Positions 36,990 to 49,929 are shown, counted from the whole stretch's first letter. The stretch is DNA of 63,851 bases, filler included, from Octopus bimaculoides (GCF_001194135.2; 4 parts of 3 records of this genome joined end to end with filler, not necessarily neighbours in it); one strand, 5' to 3'. Notes: a model not told the origin generated them from the letters alone. Program-made: numbers and translations.

Positions 36990-38720
36990 TTGTGGATCTT
37001 TTCCTCAACCTTAAGTACGCTGTTTTGTGAATTGTTCTGTTTCAAGTTATTTTGAAATGTGTTGCTCAAATTTTTATTTTCATGACATGAAGACTAGTCG
37101 AAATAAACTTTTTTAACTCTGTCTAAACTGACAACTTCCTTTTTACCATGAATATACAAGGTCATAGTTTTATCTTTAATTGACAAAACTTTAAAAGGTC
37201 CAGTGTATTTATAATTCAGTGAATGATGACTGGTATCATATCATTACGTACAAAAACGAGTCCAAGAATTAATATCGAAAGGGACGAAACTTTTAATATG
37301 TTGTAATTTATTTGTAAAAGAAGGAACATCAGAATTTGCAAAAGTACCTAATAGTGCTTTAATGTGATAATTCACTTTTGCTTCTTGGCACTGCATACAC
37401 TATTCAACCCAAGAATGAATATCCTTTTTCATACCAAGCCAAACAAATCGACTCGATACTAATTTTAATGAAGCTCCAATACCAGGATGAGATAAATTAT
37501 GCAAAGTAGAAAAAACAACTTTTCTATGCTTTTCAGGCACAAATGATCTAGAAAATCCTGTAGAAATATCACACCAGATTTGCAAGAATAAATCGGCAAT
37601 AATTCAAATTTCAAAGTAGAACTGGAATCTTTATATAAAGAAAAATTCTTTATCAGTAGTTTGATCTTTAGACATTTCTTCTAAATTGATAGTGCTTAAT
37701 GAACATAATGTATCAACATTCATTCGAGAAACTGCACCAGCTGCAGAATTTTCAACACTCTTGATATACCGTATATCCACAGTATACTGTGAAATATAAT
37801 CAAAGTGTCTAATCTCTCTGGGAGTATATTTTTCAGAAGAATCTTTTAGTGCATGTGTCAATGGATTATGGTCAGAAGATATATGAAGTATTTAACTGAC
37901 AAGTATGCTGCCAACAATTCTCTGCCGAAAACGCTGTATTTCATTTCTGGTGCCTTGAAGTTTTTTGAAAAGAATGATAATGGTTGCCAAGAACCACAAT
38001 GAAACTGTTGTAAAACCCCACCGATTCCAACATGGGAAGCATCAACTACCAACTATAATTTTGCTTCAGGAACCAGATGGTTTAAGAGTGTTGCTTCACA
38101 CAGTTTTTCTTTTATGCTTTGAAAAGCCTGTAATTCTTCATCATTTAAAATTATAGCTTCATTTTTCTTTTTCCTATTCTTTAATAATTCAGTTAAAGGA
38201 AATAGACTTTCTGTGCAATATGGAATGAAACGTCTATAGAAATTAATGAGTCCTAGATATTCCCGAAGCTTTCAGAAAGAATTTGGTACTGGAAATTTAT
38301 TAATAGCTTCATCTTTGTCCGGCAGTGGGCGAATTCCATCTTTATCAATGAGATGACCTAAAAAAGATATAGTGCGTTCACCGAAAATATACTTTCATTG
38401 ATTTATCACTATACCATATTTTGTCAGTCTTTCGAAAATTTGTTTTAAGTGATTTTCATGAACTTCTGACGGACTAGCAATGAGAATATCGTCTATATAA
38501 GCAAACACAAAAGGTAAATCTCTTGTTACTTCGTCGATGAATCTCTGGAAAGTATTTGCTGCGTTCTTCAATCCGAAAGGCATATGAAGGAAATCATACA
38601 ACCCAAATGGAGTTGTAATTGCTGTTTTTGGTATATCACTCTCTTCAACAGGAATTTGATTGTATGCTCTAACTAAATCTATCTTCGAAAAGATATTACA
38701 ACCACTCAAAGGCAATGGAA
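36990..38720 (-). mobile_element. Ty3/Gypsy LTR retrotransposon pol pseudogene (RT, RNase H, integrase Zn finger and C-terminal part)
   Basis: [15 protein letters not shown]...[30 protein letters not shown]...[11 protein letters not shown]; VVDASHVGIGGVLQQ...YSVFGRELLAAY; LHNLSHPG...CMQC; YTGPFKVL. Contains stops and frameshifts; LTRs not confidently located. Confidence 0.95.
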
Positions 38721-39572
38721 AGTGCGGTCTTTGCATTATGGAAAGATGGCTCATCTGAAAAAGTTCTTTAGACCCCGCTACATGTCTAAACTCAAGAACT
38801 GAACGTTTGGGGGTTAGGTACACATAAGGCAAAACACTTATTACTTTTTTGGACCGCCCCAAGATCACAGACAGAATCTGCTTTTTATATTATGTCCACG
38901 TACAAGCCTTTCATATGTCTTAACATTTCTTATATATATTTTATTGCTTTATATATTTTTTCTGTATATTATTTTTCATCCTTTATAATTGTGTAACTAT
39001 ATTCGCGTGTGGTATATATCAAATGTGCATGTGCATGCATATATACATGTGTACGAATGATTGTATATATACGAATGTAAAACTCTACCGGTTGTAGTTG
39101 TCTCCTTCCTTCATATATATATGTGTAGATGTGGAGGGTGTATTTGTGTACATACATATATAACTCATATGTACATTCAAGTTTTGGGGCGAATGTGAAT
39201 GTTTTACGGTTTATGTTTTTTTGCGTATGTGTTTTTGTTTGCATATATGTCTATCCGCGTATGTATGTGCATGTGAGTATAGAGATGTGTATATGAATAT
39301 AATGATGCGTACATGGGTATATATACGTGTGTATGTGCGTGTATGCGTGTATTGTATGTATGTATGTATGTATGTTTACCTATGTATAGACATATACATA
39401 TATATATGTTTGTATGTATATGTACACACGCGTGTGAGTGTGTGTACGTGTATGTATATGTGTACATGTGTGCATATGCATATTCTATGAACGAAATTTT
39501 ACTTTCCCCATACTTATTGGAGTAATTTCCCTTTATTCAACGGTTTTTTTTTCATATCGTTTTTGTTTCTCT

Positions 39573-39635
39573 TAATAACTGATGAGATGCCGGAGCAGAC
39601 TTTAGCCCCGGCATCCGAAACTCTGAGTTTTATTG
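39573..39635 (+). ncRNA. Type I hammerhead ribozyme motif, near-intact
   Basis: TAATAA-CTGATGA (39579-39585); perfect 8-bp stem II GATGCCGG/CCGGCATC plus one extra C; GAAA at 39617-39620; stem III CT/AG; GTT triplet at 39627-39629; TTATTG pairs with TAATAA. Confidence 0.8.
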
Positions 39636-39780
39636 TGACAACCAACTCATTGCCACATCTTATTATATATATATATATATNNNNNNNNNNNNNNNNNNNN
39701 NNNNNNNNNNNNNNNNNNNNNNNNTTAATTAATTAANNNNNNNNNNNNNNNNNNNNNNNNNNNNNNNNNNNNNNNNNNNN

Positions 39781-40129
39781 TTATCCTTAGCTAGGTATTT
39801 CTCCTGCAACTGTCTCACTAGGAATAAGGCATCAGTAGTGCTTTTACCTGGCACGAACCCAAACTGCATCTCATCTAAATTGATTCGCTCCCTAATTAGT
39901 TGGGCTATGACCCTCTCTGTAACTTTCATAACTTGATCTAACAGCTTGATGCCTCTGTAATTATTTGTATCTAAAGCGTCACCTTTACCTTTGTAGCAGT
40001 TGACTATGATGCTGCTACACCAGTCATTGGGTATGACTCCTTCATGTATCAGCTGGTTCGTAATACGGGTGACTCGTAATACGGGTGACTCGTAATACGG
40101 GTGACTCGTAATACGGGTGACTCGTAATA
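39781..40129 (-). mobile_element. RTE-clade LINE, 5'-truncated at the start of RT, continuing into a gap
   Basis: ITNQLIHEGVIPNDWCSSIIVNCYKGKGDALDTNNYRGIKLLDQVMKVTERVIAQLIRERINLDEMQFGFVPGKSTTDALFLVRQLQEKY. The open frame contains the NYRGI.LL and Q.GF..G.ST.D motifs. Confidence 0.95.
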
Positions 40130-41771
40130 GTCATTATTTACCATATCTTAAAGCAGTGAGCTGGGAAAATTGTTAGCATGTCGGACAAAATGTTTTGCAG
40201 CTTTTCTTCCAAATTTTCCCTTTCTAAGTTCAAATTCCAGTGAGGTCAACTATGCCTTTCATTCTTTTGAGGTCGATAAAATAAGTATTGATTGAATTAA
40301 TGCAATCCATTAACCCATGCTTTAAAATTGCTGGTCTTGAGGCCAAAATTTGAAACCCATTATTAGCCACAACTTATTGGGTTCAGATTTCATCAAATTA
40401 ACTTTGCCTTTTATCCCTCTGAGGTCGGTAGAATAAATTACTACTCAAGTACTTGGAACAATGTTGCTGACTTACACTTTCCTTTCAGATTGCTGGCCTT
40501 ACGTGTAAATCAGAAATTGTTATTAGCTAAACCTTATTTTTGTTGTTGTTGTTTTTCTTGTCATTGAAGCAGTTCTGATCTCGTTTTGATTCCCAGATTC
40601 CCAGATTCCCAGATTAGCTTTGTATAAATTAGCAATCATTGCCATATGTATTTGCCCGTATTCTTAATTCTAAACATAATCATTCTTTTGTATATTCTGC
40701 TCATCATAAAAGTTCAAATGGTCACAAATTGGTTGAAAGAGGGATTGCAAGTATTGTTAAGGACCAGTTTCAGGATTCTTGTTTGAATTATTGTGTGTTG
40801 AAGCTAAGAGGTAGTCAGAACAATTATAGATGTTGTAAGAGAAACATTTCAATATTTGCTTAGATGATCCAAATTATTGTTATAATTTCATCATTACTGA
40901 ATTTATGATGTTAATCATATGAAGACATGAGCATAATTACGTTGCTCAGGTTGAATAGTTAGTAATCAGTTCTTATTGTGATGCTGTGCTTGTGGTTGAT
41001 GAGGCTGATATATATTGTAAGTTCATGCAGGATTTAGTTATTAGCATTTAACCATCATCTAAAATATGAAATCTTCATTTTACACAAGTCCATTTAAAAC
41101 ATTGCTTTCTCTGCTTAACATTGTACATGCAACAAAATAGGTTTCTATAAAGGCTTATTAAATTAATGAAATCAACTGTTGCTGTAAGTATGGATGTGTG
41201 GTCACAGAATTTGCTTTTAACAAAGTGGTTTTGGGTTCTGATCTACTGATTGCACTTTGGGCAAGTGTCTTCTGCTATAGCTTGAGGTCGATCTGTTATT
41301 GTAAGAGAACTTGATTGATAGAAATTGGATGGTTGTTTGTCAAATATATGTGTATGTGTATGTTTGAATGTGTCTTCACATGACAGCATCTCACCTAAGC
41401 AGTGATGTCATTGTTTACATTCCCTTAACCAATGGATCTGTGTCTGCACTTTCAACTTGTAATGACTGGTGGAATAAAAAAGTCCTTTGTGTGAAAATTA
41501 AGTGGGTAGGGTTGATGATAGGAAAAACATCCAGCCTTAAAATATGGCCTCAATAATTCATCATCCAGCCCATACCAGTATGGAAAAGCAGACATAAGAC
41601 AAACAAATTAATGTATAAACCATGTGTCTTAACTCTTGAACATTTAAACCATCCATATCCAGCCTGAATATTTTATGTTCCAACTGGTTAGTACCGACTT
41701 CTCACATCTACCGTACAATGTCATTCTAAAAAAATAAACCATCACATCATCAAAATTTCAAAGCTATGAAA

Positions 41772-41990
41772 GGTTGGCTTCACATTTCGGCACATTGCCA
41801 GCAAGTTTGAGGGATAGGGGATGGTTGGTTACACCAACCCCAGTGCTTAACTGGTACTTATTTTATCGACCCAGAAAGGATGAAAAGCAAAGTCAACCTT
41901 GGTAGAATTTGAACTCAGAACATTAAGGCGGACGAAATGCCACTGAGCATTTCACCCTGTGTGCTAACGATTCTGCCAGCTTGCTGCCTT
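41772..41990 (-). mobile_element. Family-3 (Nin-like) SINE nested in a piggyBac-like MITE, 12-bp TSD
   Basis: AAAGCTATGAAA at 41760-41771 and 41991-42002; the host MITE sequence resumes on both sides. Confidence 0.88.
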
Positions 41991-44145
41991 AAAGCTATGA
42001 AATAATGTTGAATTCAAAACAATGAGTCTAAATAAACTTTACATTTGACAGAGTAATCTGAATGCTAAAAGATCAGATGGGTTGTCTACTTACTAGACTT
42101 GAGTTATATTTAAGATCACAAACGAGAATGTAGTTTTGCTTGATATGTTTTAGGCTTCTTTGCAGATGGTAATAATATATAGAACTACTGGTTTTTGATG
42201 TTTGTAAAGCTTATGTCTGATATTTCATAAGGATACATTCACTGTGCTGCAAATAATTAATATATGAATTTGAAGTAGATTCAGATGTGTATATAAAGGT
42301 GATGAAACTGATTGATGATGTTCAGCTTCATTTATTGAAAATCCACAAAAATTTGATAATTAAATCAATTGAGATTTTCTCTGGCTTACTGGAACTATGT
42401 ATGAGACAAAAAAAAGAATTTTCAATAATGTTGGTGTAATCAGAAAAATTAATATAAACTGCAAATACAGTCTGGACTTTTACTGTTAGAGGCCATCTTT
42501 ATCTAGCTCTGGACAGGCATGCCTATAGCATATGAACTGTCAATCAAATATTTATAGAACCCATAAAATGAACATGCTAGGTTTCTTGTCTCAACATGTT
42601 ACTGGTATTTATTTATTCTATCAACTGTTGAAGGATGAAATATTCATTGAGTAGTTTTCATATCAGAAGCTGGTTTATTTAGTTTGATGATAAGCTGTTG
42701 CTCAGTTGTTAATAAAATGTCATTTTTAGTTTGATCGAATTAGTATCATCCTGTTATGAAGCTAGGCTATTTTCTCTCTTCGATATTAAGCATCTTAGAG
42801 AATGGTTAGTATTAATAAAGGAAGCAATGAAATAGAATACAACCAGAGAGATGCTAGCTTCAAAAAATCAATAGAAATTTGTCTAGTTCCTTCCTTCTAT
42901 ACAATAATTGATATAAAAAGATTATCACTACCTTATTTCAAAATTAGTTATAGAATAATCCAACTAGTATATAACTATGACATTGCTCTGTACAAGTCTC
43001 CAGAATGTATTTCTAGAATTTTGCCTGCACTGTATGCAATTGGCAGATGTAAACACTATGTTTGTGGGTAGAAGGTGTAGGATCAGTTGGACCAGGTTCA
43101 ATCCTGTGTTGGGACAGCATTAGCAACTGAGTACCGTCTTGAAATGTGTGAAAGCACATGACACAGTGGTCAGAGCATTGGGCTCACAATCATGAGGTAG
43201 TGAGTTTGATTCCCAGACTAGGTTGTGTGTTATGTATCCATGTATCAGTAGATTCCTAAAATGTAAGACTATTGCTTTAATGAACCATTTTCTCTTTCTT
43301 TTTCCTTCTCTTTGTCTTTGCCTTTCTTCTTTTATATAATTGTTTTGGAGATGTTTATTAAATCTAACGAGGTAAATCTAAATTTACCCAATTTTAAGAA
43401 TGAACCTACACACATATATATATATATATAATATTACATATATATCAGTGCCAACTCCGGCACTCGGGCTGTTTGGTAATTGCAGCCAATAACTCGGGTT
43501 CCTTTTATTGGGGCCTGGCTGCAGTTTATTTATTTTCATTTAGAATCTGGCAGTCGTTTTTGAGGTGCCTTGTGTCAAAATATATTATTCGCAGCAGATG
43601 TTCTATCGATGTCGCTCACACGTGTCTGACTCAGGCTCAGAAGTTACAGCTTGAGTTGTTATCTATAATAATAAAAATTAAAAGTAATTCAAATTCAGTG
43701 TTTTCTTGAAACAATAAATTTCTATAGAGATTAAGATTTAAATTCCAATCTATGAAAAGTTTCCGTTCTACAATATTCTTAAAGGAACAAAAATTATCCT
43801 GCAACTCTGGCTGATATGAATAAACCTGGTAGGTGTAAAAGGCTAACTAATATCTCTTGTCAAGACCACTGGCAACAGTCAGATCACTGATGTTTGTTGT
43901 GCACTCCGCTGTCATTATTTGATTGCTGCTAGTCTGTGCATCTGTGTGTAAAGATCAGTTGTGTTTTGCATGGTTGCCTTATTTTTATCCTTAACTTAGT
44001 AATGGAGAAAGACATAATGTTAAATATAGAAAATAAACCATTTGAGGCTAGAAATAAAGTGGAAAAGCATGAAATTCTTTGAGCAGGTATTTGTCTTACA
44101 CAAAATCTGTGATGAGCCCGAGTGATGCTGATGACCTGAAGTTGC

Positions 44146-44181
<36 letters not shown>

Positions 44182-44184
<3 letters not shown>

Positions 44185-45470
44185 GGGTTGGACAAAATAA
44201 TGGAAACAACTAGCATCATAGCATCATAATTTTGAAATGTCTATAACCCCATCAAAAGCTTGTTTATTTTTATGTTTTTTAATTTATTATTAGTGTTGCT
44301 TAATATGTTTTGCTAAAATTGCTGTTTCTTTTCACATATCATCAGAAAAAGGTAATTAAAACTCATTAAAATGATAGATCTATTGGACTTTCAAAGAGGT
44401 CAAATTGTTGGTGTTCATATGGCAGGCACTAGTGTAACAAAAATAGCCGAAATGTTTGGTGTATCAAGAAGTACTGTCTCAAAAGTAATGACAGCCTTTG
44501 TGAAAGAGGGAAAAAACCCACTTCGTTGAAACAAAACTCTGGATGTGAACCAAAAACGTTCAGAGAGGGGCCGTCGAACCCTTACTCGAATTGTTAGAAA
44601 GGATCACAAAAATACAGTTCCCAAAATTACTGCAGAGCTTAATGACCTCTTTGAGAAACCAGTTTCCACAAAAACTGTTTGCTGGGAGCTGCACAAAGCC
44701 AGATTTCATGAGAGGGCTGCAATCAGAAAATCACTACTTTCAAAATCAAACGTTGCAAGGCATTTAGAGTGGCGTAAAAACCTACAGAATTGGTCCCTAG
44801 AGCAGTGGAAGAATGTTATTTTCTCGAATGAGTCATCCTTTACACTATTTCTGACCACTGGTCAAGTATACGTGTGGAGACAGCCAAAAGAAGCATTTGT
44901 CCCAGACTGCCTTCTTCCAATTTTTAAACATGGAGGATGATCTGTGATGATCTAGGTGGTGGGGAGGCTACATCTTGGAAATCCGCCGGCGCAATGGTTT
45001 CCCTTCATGGCAGAATTAATAGTCAAGACTATTTAAGCATTTTATCTGATCAAATTCATACTATGGTTGTGGAACTGTTTCTGGAGGGAAGGACAATCTT
45101 TCAGGATGATAATGCACCAATTCACACAGCTGAAGTTGTTACTGAATGGCACGAGGAACATTCTAGTGAAGTTGAACATCTTATCTGGTCTGGCCACCAC
45201 AGTCTCCAGATCTCAATATTATTGAATATTTATGGTACATTTTAGTAAAACAAGTAAGGACTCGATATCCTCCACCATCATCAAAACAAGAACTGACGAC
45301 TGTCTTAGCTGAAGAATGGACAAAAATTCCTTTGGAAACAATTCAAGCTTTCTACAAGTCCATACCTTGTAGAATTCAAGCTGTACTTACTGCCCAAGGC
45401 AGTCCTACCCCATATTAAAACAAATTTGTTTGAAATTTTAAGGTGTTTCCCTTATTTTGTCCAACCCCTG
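44182..45470 (+). mobile_element. Full-length Tc1-family transposon (1289 bp), DD34E-type transposase pseudogene at 44371-45418
   Basis: 27-bp TIRs CAGGGGTTGGACAAAATAA(T/G)GGAAACA with TA on both sides. HTH LDFQRGQIVGVHMAG...; IFSNES (first Asp changed to Asn), FQDDNAPIH, SPDLNIIE; frameshifts and stops. Confidence 0.97.
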
Positions 45471-46183
45471 TACATATCTCTATGGTGAGCTTTTTTCAGC
45501 TTTTTGTCTACGAAATCCATGAGGCAGTTACAAGGCTATAGTAGAAGAGACTTAGCCAAGCTGCCATGCAGTGGGACTGAAACTGTATCTATGTGGTTGG
45601 CAAGCAAGTTTTTCAAGTAGACAGCCACATCTGCACATTGGATTAGGTTCAGTCAGTAACAGAGTAGCTCTCTAAGGTCTAGAGAGACACTGCTTATAAA
45701 TCCACTTTTACTAAGGGCTTAGATATATTCTGTAGTATAGTATAGTATTGAAATAAAGTTTTATATATGCACAAATTGGAGCTGCTTATTTAAATATATG
45801 ACACATTCGTGGCAGCTAGTTTCATTAATAACTTACTGGCTCTGGTAACAATGTTTCATTTTAATGTTATGTTGTACTGCAGAATATTATTTATAGCAAC
45901 TTGATCCAGTTCTGTGCGACTTAAAGTTTTGCAAGCCCTTAAGAGGAATCTGTCTCTTTTAGGCTTTAGATTTCTGAATACAAAGCCTGAAAGAGACAGC
46001 CTCCTGTTAGGGGGCCTATGAAACTTTAAATTGCACAGAACCGAATCGAACTGTTTTAAATAATACATGTAACTTCTAAATGTGTTTAGTACCCTTTTCT
46101 TTCATTTCTTGACTCCCTCCCTCTCGATATAAGCCAAAAAACAATGTCTGGAAGACACATAGTGTGACAACACACTTTTGATA

Positions 46184-46236
46184 CTAGTCTGATGAAGTGC
46201 TTTTCTAATGTCTAAAGTCACAAACATTATGTAAAT
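46184..46236 (+). ncRNA. Degenerate hammerhead motif near the TA-anchored end of a short repeat
   Basis: CTGATGA at 46189-46195; GTGCTTT/AAAGTCAC stem II with one deletion; (G)AAAC-ATTAT-GTA; G12 missing and stem I eroded. Confidence 0.45.
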
Positions 46237-47489
46237 TCTCATTTAGAATCGTTTTGTAAACTGGCATTGCAAATAGAGTTGGTACAGAAACAGCTGTAAC
46301 GAATTATTAAAGATGTGTTAAAGAATTTTCTTTATCTTCTTCATCTCATTCGTCTATATATATANNNNNNNNNNNNNNNNNNNNNNNNNNNNNNNNNNNN
46401 NNNNNNNNNNNNNNNNNNNNNNNNNNNNNNNNNNNNNNNNNNNNNNNNNNNNNNNNNNNNNNNNNNNNNNNNNNNNNNNNNNNNNNNNNNNNNNNNNNNN
46501 NNNNNNNNNNNNNNNNNNNNNNNNNNNNNNNNNNNNNNNNNNNNNNNNNNNNNNNNNNNNNNNNNNNNNNNNNNNNNNNNNNNNNNNNNNNNNNNNNNNN
46601 NNNNNNNNNNNNNNNNNNNNNNNNNNNNNNNNNNNNNNNNNNNNNNNNNNNNATATATATAGATATATATATATATATATCAAGATGAAATATTCACATC
46701 CTTCTGTTGCATAGAATATTGGCTAAAAAATGTATAAATATACAGTGTAGTATTGAAAGAAAGTCCAATGACTGAAATAAGTAGGCGATTAAAGATATCT
46801 GCTAATTAACATATTTATCATTTTTCCGTCTGATAATATAATTTTAATCTATTTTCTTACATCATTGATAAAATTTGTATTCATCATTTTAACTTTGTCC
46901 TCTGCTTGTGACTTTTCTAGAGTATCAGGTAGAAGTCACAGCGATTTAGAATGTCTTCTCTTTTCTACCTCCTTGGAAATTTCTATTGTTCTTTCTCATG
47001 GCATTACTAATACTGAGACAGTATTGTTATATTTATTTGTGATCTTAAGTATTCATCTTTGTTTATTATCTATGATAGTTCATTGACTAATTGATTAACT
47101 GCTCTTAATATAATCAATACTAATTAACTAGTGAGTAATCAATATTAGCAGAAATTATTCAGAATTAAAGTTTGAATATTAAACAGTGTTTCATTTCAAT
47201 GCTATTTGGTTTTATAGAATATATCTTTAATCTTTTACTTGTGTCAGTCTTTGGGCTGCGGCCATTCTGGAGGATTGCCGCAAAGGGTTTATTTGAACAA
47301 ATTAACCTCACTATTTACTTTTTAGTCTATTACTTATTCTATCAGTCTCGATGGCCAGACTGCTAAGTTGTGGGGACATAAAGAAACCAACATAGGTTGT
47401 TTAGCAGTGGGCAGGGACAAACATATATATGTGGACATATGCACATATATCTGTGTATGTATGTCTGTCATTATTCAGTTTTATTTCAA

Positions 47490-47800
47490 GATTTCTTGCA
47501 AATAGAGAAAAAGCTGGTGTCTCACTTAGATCCCAGGCACCTTTATTGGAATTTCCACATCAACAACAGGGTATGTATTTTGGTATGTATGTATACGTGC
47601 AGATTTGTATGTTTTGTGTTATGTATGTCTTCTCATGCATATTCGTGCATATCTAGACATGCTCAAATATACTTAAATGATAAACTTCTGGAAAGTTTTA
47701 CTGATTTTTATAATTCCATTGGTGGCTTGAATTTGTAGTCTTCGAATCAGGTTTCTCCTTTCTGGTTTTGAGAAGCCTAATTTCTCAAGAATGGTATTAT
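47490..47800 (-). mobile_element. 3' end of an RLE-type (R4/Dong-like) non-LTR retrotransposon
   Basis: ILEKLGFSKPERRNLIRRLQIQATNGIIKISKTFQKFII* resembles the L..LG....LQ..A..G...I..F terminus of such elements; it is followed by a putative 3' UTR and bounded by microsatellites. Confidence 0.6.
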
Positions 47801-48138
47801 AGGCAGTGCGTATGTATATATATATATATGTATGTATGCGCATGCACACATTCAACGGGCTTCCATACGATTTCTGGTTCTCATATTCGCTTACATGACA
47901 TTGGTTGGCATAGAGCAATAGGCAAAGACAGTTGCCGAAAGTGGTGTGCAGTGGGATTGAAATCGAAGCCACATGGTTGCAAAGCAAGCTTCTTTACCAC
48001 ATAAGCCATGCTTTGACCGATATCTATATATTTTTAGTCAATACTATATATATATAGTAAGAAAAGGGAGGAAGAGAATTTCGATTATTCCCACGTGGTG
48101 ACTTGTAATACAAAAAATATAGAAGGAAAATGTATATA

Positions 48139-48519
48139 CTCTCTCTTTACTCTTTACTTGTTTCAGTCATTTGACTGTGGCCATGCTGGAGCACCGCCTT
48201 TAGTCGAGAAAATCGATCCCAGGACTTATTCTTTGTAAACCTAGTACTTATTCTATCGGTCTCTTTTTGCCAAACCGCTAAGTTACGGGGACGTAAACAC
48301 ACCAGCATCGGTTGTCAAGCAATGCTAGGGGGACAAACACACACACATATATACATATATACGACGGGCTTCTTTCAGTTTCCGTCTACCAAATCCACTC
48401 ACAATGCTTTGGTCGGCCCAAAGCTTTAGTAGAAGACACTTGCTCAAGATGCCACATAGTGGGACTGAACCCGGAACCATGTGGTTGGTAAGCAAGCTAC
48501 TTACCACACAGCCACTCCT
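48139..48519 (-). mobile_element. Best-preserved family-2 bipartite tRNA/CORE-like SINE
   Basis: tRNA-like head, CORE-like segment, internal (TA/TG) tract, 3' half and (GAGTAAA)-type tail. Partial copies at about 3400-3620, 15990-16270, 26200-26370, 29170-29560, 30850-31250, 32550-32700, 41180-41360, 45480-45630, 47210-47440, 47860-48010, 49400-49560, 51760-51890 and 58990-59160. Confidence 0.9.
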
Positions 48520-48802
48520 ATATAGTTTACATAATTTTAATATATTTTAAATGAAAGAGTATTGTGGTTGTTGACCAGTTTCACTTTCATTACATTGAAA
48601 TTATTGTGATTTTGTATTTTCTTAAGATTTTAGTCCATGTTCTTGTATGAAAGTTTGTGAATGAATCAAGTATTATTGAAGAGGTTGCAAGACACAACGA
48701 AAATTACAGAAAAAGAAATAAATATGTAAATGAATGGAAATCGAACTGGTGAGTGCATGAAGTAATAAAGCACTAAAAGAGAATGACTCTCCCCAGACAC
48801 AA

Positions 48803-48839
<37 letters not shown>

Positions 48840-49929
48840 TCGTTGTAAACACTTTGCCCTATGTACACATATAAAAATATTTCCATGAAAATATAACCCT
48901 ATTCATATATATTCTGTAGTACTGTAGGATATTAAAGCAATTCACCACACACACACAGTAATTTATTTATCAAATTAGTTGTCAAGATTGTGTTATGATA
49001 TGCAAATTAATTGCTCCATTTCACTTAATCCCTTCTACTGCTTACATGTGTTTGCCAGTATGTTTGTCTCCACATGTCCTCATATTGACTTTACTTAAGC
49101 AGTGGTGATGTTTGTTCTGGTTTTGCATGAACAAATGGCAGTTTGGCATGTGAATTGCAGGGGGAATAGAGAACCACGTAATTAAAATTAGGAAAGGAAA
49201 TTATGACATTGAAACCTTTCCTAAGAGCATTTGTAATGTGAAATCATTCTAAATGGATGAAAAAAAAATGTGGATTTGCAAATTCAGTAAATGTATTTTC
49301 TATGTTATAGTCCTCATCTCTCTTTAACACAATTTTAAATTTTGATTTATATTCCTGTGTATTATGCTTTCTTAATTAAAATTGATGTGAGAAACTAACT
49401 GAGCAAGTGCAGGTGCAGTTGTACTGCATGGCACCTTGTGCTGGTGTCTTCTACTTTAGCCTTGGGCTGACCAAAACCTTGTGAGTGGATTTGATTGGTG
49501 GAAACTAAAAGAAGCCTGTGATCAGTAGAAACTAAAGAAGCATGCACACACACATATACATGTCTATGTATGTTTGTGTCTCTTTGTCTTGACATCACAT
49601 GGTAGCTGTAAATGAGTGTCAGTGTCATACAAGCAGTGTAATTCATTTTCAATAATTCATTTTCAGTTTTCTGCAAAAGCATGTTTGGACATGAGAAGAT
49701 ATTATTTTGCTTAGAAATAGTTGAAGATTGGCAACAAGAAGGGCATCTGGCCATAGAAAATTTGCCTTAATATAAGCCTGTCTGATCCATGCAAGCATGG
49801 AAAAGTGGACATTAAATGATGATGGTTATTCATCTGCACAATAAATGCAATGAGCTTTAATAATCATGCGTAGATTTCTAATGCTTATTATATTTGCTAC
49901 AAAAAAATAGCCCAAATTTCATTCAGGCA

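Noticed and set aside
36000-37000. Possible 3' LTR and PPT of the Gypsy element near 36945-36965
   Set aside because: No second LTR is available for comparison and the purine tract is weak.
43446-43560. GC-rich segment with alternative hairpins (TGCAGCCA/TGGCTGCA) as an HDV-like ribozyme or structured RNA
   Set aside because: The nested double-pseudoknot and conserved core of HDV-like ribozymes could not be assembled by eye.
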